A stretch of DNA of 64,000 nucleotides, taken from an uncultured Actinomycetota bacterium (lineage in GTDB: Bacteria; Actinomycetota; Actinomycetes; Propionibacteriales; Nocardioidaceae). Of this stretch, positions 57,901 through 64,000 are shown one piece after another. Under the pieces are notes generated by a model. The model was not told the DNA's origin and ran no database searches. It saw only the letters and a list, made by a program, of their open reading frames with translations. Made by a program: the position numbers and the translations under genes. Position 1 is the stretch's first letter. Each line of letters begins with the position of its first letter. Location: contig CAVQCB010000017.1 of NCBI GenBank assembly GCA_963710895.1, forward strand, positions 2,516 to 66,515, read 5' to 3'.

Positions 57901-59091
57901 ATGACCGATCCCGACGCCCTGATCCGCGACCTCGAGACCCTCCTCGACGGCGAGGACGGCGAGCTGCGGACGGTCCTGGAGAAGTCGCTGCGCCAGGCAG
58001 CGGAGCGCGCGGAGGCCGAGCTCGAGGGCGACCTGTACGACGCCCTCGACTGGCCCACCGACCTGGCGGGGTACGCCGACTACCTCGCGCGCTTCGTGCG
58101 CTGGATCCCGCGTCAGTCCGACCACCCCGCGTGGCAGAGCACGACCGCCGAGGACCGCCAGGCCAAGGAGGTCAGCGACCGGCTGGCGCACTTCTTCTGG
58201 CTGATCGACCAGCAGGTCGACGACGACGGCGGCGCGATCGCGGAGCGCTCGACGGCGTTTCGCGACTGGCTGACCCGGTTCGCCCGCGACTGGGGCAGCT
58301 TCCTCGACACCCCCGAGTCGTTCAGCGAGGAGATCCTGCAGTCCTTCCTGGAGGACGCCCCGGAGTACACCATCGGGGAGTCGATGATCGAGGGCCGGCC
58401 GAACATGCCCAGCGGCTGGCTCACCTTCAACCAGTTCTTCGCCCGCGAGCTCAACCCCGGGCTCCGGCCGATCAGCGAGCCGGCGAGCAACCTCGTCGTC
58501 ACCTCGCCGGCCGACTGCACCTTCCGGCACCGCTTCGACATCGACGCCGACTCCAACATCCCGGACACCCCGATCAAGGGGACCCACCACTACGGCAACA
58601 TCCGGCAGCTGATGGAGGGCAGCGAGCACGCCGACGCGTTCGCCAACGGCACCTTCGTGCACTACATGCTGCCGCCGTCGGCGTACCACCGCTACCACGT
58701 GCCGGTGGGGGGTGAGGTGAAGGAGTCGTTCACGATCAGCGGACGGGTCTACATGCAGGTGGATCTCGAGGACCACCAGCTCGCGTCGCGCGACAGCGCG
58801 CAGACGGGCTATGAGTTCTCCCAGACCAGGGGAGTGCTGACCCTCGACACCTCGGCGAGCGACGGTGGCGACCTCGGCCTGGTTGCGGTGATCCCGGTGG
58901 GCATGTCCCACGTCGCGTCGGTGAACATGAGTGCCGCCGAGGGCACCCACCTCGCCAAGGGCGAGGAGTTCGGCTACTTCCTCTTCGGTGGCTCCGACAT
59001 CATCATCTTGTTCCAGGAGGGCGTCGATCTCGACGTGGACACCGACACCGCGTTCCGGCACGTGGGCTCGGTGGTGGCGCGCACCCGGTGA
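57901..59091 (+). CDS. Phosphatidylserine-decarboxylase-family pyruvoyl enzyme with long N-terminal domain
   Basis: FNQFFAREL, SPADC, YHRYHVP, KGEEFGYFLFGGSD cleavage motif; AGGAGG RBS. Confidence 0.85.
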   Translation: MTDPDALIRDLETLLDGEDGELRTVLEKSLRQAAERAEAELEGDLYDALDWPTDLAGYADYLARFVRWIPRQSDHPAWQSTTAEDRQAKEVSDRLAHFFWLIDQQVDDDGGAIAERSTAFRDWLTRFARDWGSFLDTPESFSEEILQSFLEDAPEYTIGESMIEGRPNMPSGWLTFNQFFARELNPGLRPISEPASNLVVTSPADCTFRHRFDIDADSNIPDTPIKGTHHYGNIRQLMEGSEHADAFANGTFVHYMLPPSAYHRYHVPVGGEVKESFTISGRVYMQVDLEDHQLASRDSAQTGYEFSQTRGVLTLDTSASDGGDLGLVAVIPVGMSHVASVNMSAAEGTHLAKGEEFGYFLFGGSDIIILFQEGVDLDVDTDTAFRHVGSVVARTR

Positions 59092-59122
59092 GCCGACCGG
59101 TGTGGTCCGTGGTCGGCGAGCG

Positions 59123-59614
59123 TCAGGGGGCCTCGGACGCGGCGGGTCCGTCGGAGTCCTCGGAGTCGTCGGCGGTCTCCCTGGCGTGGCGCGCGGTTCG
59201 TTCGGCGACGACGCTGCCGACGATCACGCGGAGCTGCTCGGGGAGGGCCTGGATGCGCCCGTCCTTGTGCAGGTAGCCGTGCGCTCCCATGGACAGGGCA
59301 CGTTCTGGCATCCCGCTGGTGTCACCGAAGGCGGAGAGCATCACCACGATCGCGTCGGGGTGTGCGGCACGGATCAACGGCAGCGCCTGCAGGCCGTCCA
59401 TCACCGGCATCGCGATGTCCAGCAGGACCAGGTCGGGCCGGGAGTCCCGCACCGCGGTGATCGCCTGCTCGCCGTCGGCGGCCTCGGCGACGACGCGGAA
59501 GTGTCCGTTGCGCTCGAGCGCGCCGCGCACCAAGAAGAGCAGGTCCTCGCTGTCGTCGACCAGGACGACGTTGCAGGTGGCGGTGCTGGAGGGCGCAGAG
59601 GCAGTCATGGGCAT
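59123..59614 (-). CDS. Single-domain response regulator (receiver only)
   Basis: VVLVDD, LLDIAMPVMDG, MLSAF, GYLHK; no output domain. Confidence 0.85.
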   Translation of the reverse strand: MPMTASAPSSTATCNVVLVDDSEDLLFLVRGALERNGHFRVVAEAADGEQAITAVRDSRPDLVLLDIAMPVMDGLQALPLIRAAHPDAIVVMLSAFGDTSGMPERALSMGAHGYLHKDGRIQALPEQLRVIVGSVVAERTARHARETADDSEDSDGPAASEAP

Positions 59615-59721
59615 TGGCTAACTCTCGGAGGTACGTCTCCACGGTAGCCCGGTGCAGGTCGGCGTGGATCCGAATTTCGGACATGGGGCGCAGGCGGCTG
59701 CCCGGGAGCAGCCGGCGGTGG

Positions 59722-61206
59722 TCAGGCCCAGAGGGCCAGCTCGTCGGCCCGCGGCCCCGTGGTCGGCCCCGAGGTCGACCCCGTGCTGCGGTCGAAGGTC
59801 ATCACGGTGGGGTCCTCGGGCGTCCAGGGCCGCCAGCCGGGGTCCTGCTCGCGCGCGAAGGAGACCCAGGCCCGGTGCATCTCGTCCGCGAGCTGCTGGG
59901 GGGCGGTCTCCCCCGCCATCGCCGAACCGTGGTCGAGGGTGTCGAAGACGAAGCCGAGCTCCAGGGCGTGGCAGGCCCCGAGGTCACCGACGGGCGTGGG
60001 CCACGCGAACTCGTAGGCGTGCACCGTGCCTCCGGCCGCGTGCTGAGCTGCGGCGAGCCGGGTCGCGGGGACCCGGAAGGCGGCGTCGGTGAGGATGGCG
60101 GCGGCGACGTCGCCGGGCGCGGCTCCGGGGCGGTTGGCGCTGTAGGTCTCCACGGCCCGGGGCGGCCAGCCGTACTTCTTCGCGAGCTGGGGAAGCGCCT
60201 CGGTGGTGATCGCGGTGGCGAGGCCGGTGGCGACCAGGAAGAGGCGGTACTCCTCCCGCGTGGTCCCGATGAGCACCGGCATCCCGGCCGCCGACCCGTC
60301 GGCAATGCGGGTCTGCGGCAGGTCGGGGAGCAGGTCGTCGTCGACGACCGGGAACAGGCTCATGATGCCCAGCCCACCGCGCAGCACCGTGGGGCCCCAC
60401 CGCTGCGGGTCGGGATCGGCCTGGACGGCCAGCCCGACCGCCGCCTGCGCCGAGAGCACGCTGTCGGGGTCGAGGGCGGCGAACGCCTCGGCGGTCGGGG
60501 GAACGCCCAGGTGCTGTGCGATCTCCGCGCTCACCCGGCGGGCGTCCTCGCGCGAGCAGGCGGCGGTCGCGGCGCCGCTCTGGAGGATGGCCCGGTGGAA
60601 CAGGCCCCGTGCCGCCGGGGAGGCCATCAGGGTCGCGATGCTCATCGCCCCCGCCGACTCGCCGAACACGGTCACGTGCTCGGGGTCGCCGCCGAAGGCG
60701 GCGACGTTCTCACGCACCCAGGCGAGGGCGGCGACCTGGTCGCGCAGGCCGAGGTTGGTCGGAGCGCCGTCGAGCACGGCGAACCCGGGGACACCGAGCC
60801 GGTAGTTGATCCCCACCAGCACGACGCCGTCGCGGGCGAAGGCGGACCCGTCGTAGGTGGGGATGGAGTTGGCCCCCCGGACGAACGCCCCGCCGTGGAT
60901 CCACACCATCACCGGCAGGTCCTCGCCCTCGGCGGGGCCCCAGACGTTGACGTTGAGGTAGTCCTCGCCCGGCGCCACCGAGCTCGGCAGCACCGCGTCC
61001 ATCGGCTCGGGGTAGGCCGTCTGGGCGGACGTCGGCCCTGGCGCGGTCGCGTCCCGCTCGCCGCTCCACCCCACCACCGGTCCCGGGGCGCGGTATCGGT
61101 CGGCGCCGACGGCCGGGGCGGCGTACGGGATGCCGAGGAAGGCGTGCACGCCGTCCCGGCTCGACCCACGGACCGTGCCCCCGGTGACCTCCACGACAGG
61201 CTCCAT
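59722..61206 (-). CDS. Type B carboxylesterase
   Basis: FLGIPYA, WIHGGAF, FGESAGA, GACHALEL. Confidence 0.92.
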   Translation of the reverse strand: MEPVVEVTGGTVRGSSRDGVHAFLGIPYAAPAVGADRYRAPGPVVGWSGERDATAPGPTSAQTAYPEPMDAVLPSSVAPGEDYLNVNVWGPAEGEDLPVMVWIHGGAFVRGANSIPTYDGSAFARDGVVLVGINYRLGVPGFAVLDGAPTNLGLRDQVAALAWVRENVAAFGGDPEHVTVFGESAGAMSIATLMASPAARGLFHRAILQSGAATAACSREDARRVSAEIAQHLGVPPTAEAFAALDPDSVLSAQAAVGLAVQADPDPQRWGPTVLRGGLGIMSLFPVVDDDLLPDLPQTRIADGSAAGMPVLIGTTREEYRLFLVATGLATAITTEALPQLAKKYGWPPRAVETYSANRPGAAPGDVAAAILTDAAFRVPATRLAAAQHAAGGTVHAYEFAWPTPVGDLGACHALELGFVFDTLDHGSAMAGETAPQQLADEMHRAWVSFAREQDPGWRPWTPEDPTVMTFDRSTGSTSGPTTGPRADELALWA

Positions 61207-61344
61207 GCGCCCATCCAACCAGCCGGGTGGCCCGAGCCTGCATGGTGGGCGAACGGCGGTCGCAAAGCTGTTCTTGTGCTCCGCCCCGGACTGCGTACTC
61301 TGGACCCAGGAAGCCGGTTCACGCTTCCTCTCAAAGGAGCAGCC

Positions 61345-61479
61345 ATGGCCGACAAGTCGCCTCGGCAACACATGTCCAAGAAGGCGGGCAAGTCCCTGAA
61401 GCAGAAGCGTGCCGAGAAGCACCTGAAGGCAGAGGCCAAGGACAAGACCCAGGTCGTGCCGCCGGGCAAGAACCACTGA
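61345..61479 (+). CDS. 44-aa lysine-rich small protein
   Basis: AAGGAG RBS, upstream TACTCT -10 and 5' hairpin AGGAAGC/GCTTCCT; MADKSPRQHMSKKAGKSLKQKRAEK. Confidence 0.75.
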   Translation: MADKSPRQHMSKKAGKSLKQKRAEKHLKAEAKDKTQVVPPGKNH

Positions 61480-61499
61480 AGCGGCACCGAGGGGCAGAG

Positions 61500-61724
61500 C
61501 TACAGGATCGCTCCGCGGGGTGAGACCTCGATGCTTGCCACACCGCGGGCATAGAGCGCGACCAGCCGGTCGCCGTGGCGGCACCGCAGCACGCCGCCTT
61601 CGACACGGAGAGCCTCGATGATCTCGTCGACCACGGCCCGCTCGTCGACCTGGTCGGGATCCTCGTAGGTCAGGTCCGTGTGCTCGCCGCCGAGAAGCCG
61701 CACCCGCAACGCGATAGTTGCCAT
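61500..61724 (-). CDS. 74-aa hypothetical protein
   Basis: Coding-like codons, fills the intergenic gap. Confidence 0.6.
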   Translation of the reverse strand: MATIALRVRLLGGEHTDLTYEDPDQVDERAVVDEIIEALRVEGGVLRCRHGDRLVALYARGVASIEVSPRGAIL

Positions 61725-61794
61725 GCGCAGAAGTAGACCACGAGGCAGCCCGCATCCGGAGGGGCTCGGCAGGCGCAGCACCCTCCCTGTCCGG

Positions 61795-62427
61795 TCAGTC
61801 GCAGTAGTCGCACACCCCGGACGCCGGCACCTGGGTGAAGCAGCGGGGGCACAGAGGGACGGGCTTGGGCTCCGGGGCGGGCGCCGCGGCGGTGCTGGAA
61901 GCCTTGCGAGGGGCCTTCTTGCGCGGCGTCGTGCCGCGTGCGGCGGGCCTGCTCGCCCCGGCCTTGCGGACCGGCTTGAAGTGGGCGGTGCGAAGCGGAG
62001 TGCCGCCGTCGCGGGGCAGGCCGGTGGCCTCCCAGTGGCGGTAGCAGCTGAGCCGCTCCGCTGCCGCGTGCTCGTCGGGGTCGGTGGGGCGGTCGCCACG
62101 GGCGTGCTCGACGGCGTCGGCGTACCCCTCACCCACGCTGCCCTGCACGCTGACGCACAACGCGGAGAGCAGTGGCTCGCCACGGGACTGGCACTCATCG
62201 GCCACGCGTGCGAGCACGCCGCCGACCCACGTGGTCACCGGGCGGCTCGTGGTGATCCCGGTGTTCTCCTGCACGGCGGTGGCCAGCTCCTTCCAGCGCA
62301 CCACCGCGCGGTAGCGGCCGGCCGCCTGGAGCAGGACGGGACGGGCTGCCTCGGCCCAGGCGGTGGCGGCGACGGACGAGCCGACCTGTGCGGCATCACG
62401 TGGTTCGGGGGCGGGATCGAGACTCAC
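61795..62427 (-). CDS. Hypothetical protein with wHTH-like N-domain and C-terminal Zn ribbon
   Basis: PLLSALCV; CPRC...CDYC. Confidence 0.7.
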   Translation of the reverse strand: MSLDPAPEPRDAAQVGSSVAATAWAEAARPVLLQAAGRYRAVVRWKELATAVQENTGITTSRPVTTWVGGVLARVADECQSRGEPLLSALCVSVQGSVGEGYADAVEHARGDRPTDPDEHAAAERLSCYRHWEATGLPRDGGTPLRTAHFKPVRKAGASRPAARGTTPRKKAPRKASSTAAAPAPEPKPVPLCPRCFTQVPASGVCDYCD

Positions 62428-62523
62428 AGCCACATGTCTACTCGACCCTCCCTGCTGCCTCACGGGCGGCCCCGGGCCCCGTGACCACCTGTCCCAGGTG
62501 CACGACGTCCGGCCGGTGGCGGC

Positions 62524-63039
62524 TCAGTCTGCGACCGGGACGACGACCTCGTTGCGGCGCAGGAACCACGGCGTCCACGGCGGGTCGAAGCGCGCGTACC
62601 GAGGAGCGCCGACCACCGTCAGGCCCGCGGTCTCCACGGCGGCGAGCAGCTGGGTCGCGCGCCTCTGGTAGGTGCGGCGCGACCAGCGTCCCGAGAACCG
62701 CAGCGCAGCCGCGGTCTCGGCCGGCACCCTACGGGTCCGCACGGCGGAGTCGTTCGGGTCCGGAAGGTCCTCGGCGCTGACGTCGCTCGGCATCACGAAG
62801 CCCACCACGAAGCGCCGGCCCTCGGGAGCCTGCTGCTGCAGGACCGGGGCCGTCATGGCCACCGTGCGCGAGGCTCGGTTGTGCCCACCGATGTAGCGGG
62901 CGAGCTTGGGGAAGGCCAGGTTCCCGGCCAGCTCGAAGGTGCCGCCGACCTCGATCTCCGCGACGAGGTGGTCGGGATAGCGGCGCAGCTCGAACTCGGG
63001 GTACTCCGCGAGCACCTCGTAGGTCTGCTCCTCGGTCAC
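62524..63039 (-). CDS. SOUL heme-binding family protein
   Basis: ELRRYP, AFPKLARYIGGHN, VAMTAPV, ARFDPPW, RNEV. Confidence 0.9.
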   Translation of the reverse strand: MTEEQTYEVLAEYPEFELRRYPDHLVAEIEVGGTFELAGNLAFPKLARYIGGHNRASRTVAMTAPVLQQQAPEGRRFVVGFVMPSDVSAEDLPDPNDSAVRTRRVPAETAAALRFSGRWSRRTYQRRATQLLAAVETAGLTVVGAPRYARFDPPWTPWFLRRNEVVVPVAD

Positions 63040-63090
63040 CTGGACATCCCCGCCATCCCCGCCATCCCCGCCCGCCCCGTCCTCATGTGC

Positions 63091-63882
63091 TCACCCGGCC
63101 AGCGTCCCGCCGAAGACCTGCCAGGCCAGGGCCGACTTGGCGGTCAGGCTCAACACGATGTAGACCCTCTCGCCGAACAGGTAGTCCCTCCAGCGTCCCT
63201 TGGCCCGGTACTGCAGCCACTGGTTGAGGGCGAAGACGTTGAAGAAGACGAACAACGACACGAAGATCCCGTAGACGAAACCGGGAGGTGTGGCCGAGGA
63301 CGTCGAGCCGGGCGAGAGGAGGTAGACGGTGATGGCCAGCCAGGGCACGATGCCGGCGACACAGCCGAAGACGAAGGGGAGCCAGCCGCCGGCACCCGGG
63401 CGCTCGTAGTGCTCCTGCAGCCAGCCGAACAGGATCATGGCGGCGTTCACACCGAACAGGGCCACCAGGGCCGCGACGTCGAAGATGCCGACCAGCTGGG
63501 CGATCAGGACGATCATCAGCGACGAGGAGAGCGAGTACTCGACCCAGCGCGCGGGGTTGCGTCGACGGCCCAGGTCGGCGACGTAGCGCCGCCACCACGC
63601 CGTGCAGACGAGGAGGTGCGCCAGTGCGGAGAGCGCCAGGAACCCCGCGACCGCGGCCCCGGTGGGGACGTCGACGAGGGTCACCGGCTCCTGCGGCGGC
63701 GTGCCCGGCGGCCCGGCCAGGTAGCTCGCGGTCACCGGCAGGGCGAAGTCGGTGGCGAGCAGCAGCACTGCGACGGCCTGGACCGCGTGCAGCGCGGCCG
63801 CGACCGCGTTGGCCCGGCGCAGCGAGGAGGCTGGAGGCGCATCGGTCTCGTTCACCGTCGACCCCACGTCATCCGACTCCAT
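63091..63882 (-). CDS. heR: Heliorhodopsin
   Basis: 7 TM; TM1 His (LHAVQA), TM2 His (ALAHL), RWVEYSLSS counterion helix, LSLTAK Schiff-base Lys. Confidence 0.93.
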   Translation of the reverse strand: MESDDVGSTVNETDAPPASSLRRANAVAAALHAVQAVAVLLLATDFALPVTASYLAGPPGTPPQEPVTLVDVPTGAAVAGFLALSALAHLLVCTAWWRRYVADLGRRRNPARWVEYSLSSSLMIVLIAQLVGIFDVAALVALFGVNAAMILFGWLQEHYERPGAGGWLPFVFGCVAGIVPWLAITVYLLSPGSTSSATPPGFVYGIFVSLFVFFNVFALNQWLQYRAKGRWRDYLFGERVYIVLSLTAKSALAWQVFGGTLAG

Positions 63883-63883
63883 G

Positions 63884-64000
63884 TCACGCGCTGCTGACGG
63901 GGTCGTGGGCGGCCAGGCGCCCGAGCTCTCGAAGCCCTGCGGTCAGCAGGTCGGCCACCGTGCCTGGCGGTACGCCGAGCAGGTCGGCCGCCTCTCGGTG
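63884..64000 (-). CDS. C-terminal sigma-70 region 4-like HTH (probable ECF sigma factor; 5' outside window)
   Basis: My translation: HREAADLLGVPPGTVADLLTAGLRELGRLAAHDPVSSA*; stop lies 1 nt before the HeR ATG. Confidence 0.6.
   Translation of the reverse strand, partial: HREAADLLGVPPGTVADLLTAGLRELGRLAAHDPVSSA

Overview
GC-rich actinobacterial chromosome (Nocardioides-like by gene content and protein style; inference). 1-11 kb holds the conserved oriC-proximal cell-division and signalling cluster (rhomboid, crgA, DUF881, pknB, pknA, pbpA, rodA, pstP, fhaB, fhaA) ending at tRNA-Leu(CAG). An accessory stretch follows: a degenerate duplicate of the tRNA 3' end (att-like scar), a lipoprotein, a Bcr/CflA MFS, an orphan 4-TM protein, an HrtAB-like ABC operon with TetR, an mddA methanethiol methyltransferase cluster with an HD-GYP/LuxR regulator, a two-component system with a dirigent-like secreted protein, and three O-acyltransferase genes. 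Two of those acyltransferase genes are tandem AT3-SGNH paralogs sharing an apparently identical 1335-bp, codon-skewed 5' block around a divergent SGNH core. The rest is metabolic: ppgK, alkB-rubredoxin fusion + ferredoxin + TetR, DrrAB-like ABC, vanAB + IclR, an M15 peptidase lipoprotein, SigF-type stress genes, ppsR-ppsA, GH13, GH65 + beta-PGM, a PSD-family decarboxylase and an esterase. At the right edge is a coupled sigma-region-4 gene, heliorhodopsin and SOUL heme-binding protein. No integrase, transposase, CRISPR array or rRNA was seen. Best leads: the tandem acyltransferase cassette, the sigma-heliorhodopsin-SOUL unit, the AlkG1-only alkB-Rd plus ferredoxin operon, and the tRNA-linked islet with a possible defence remnant. 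All family calls come from motif recognition, not database searches.
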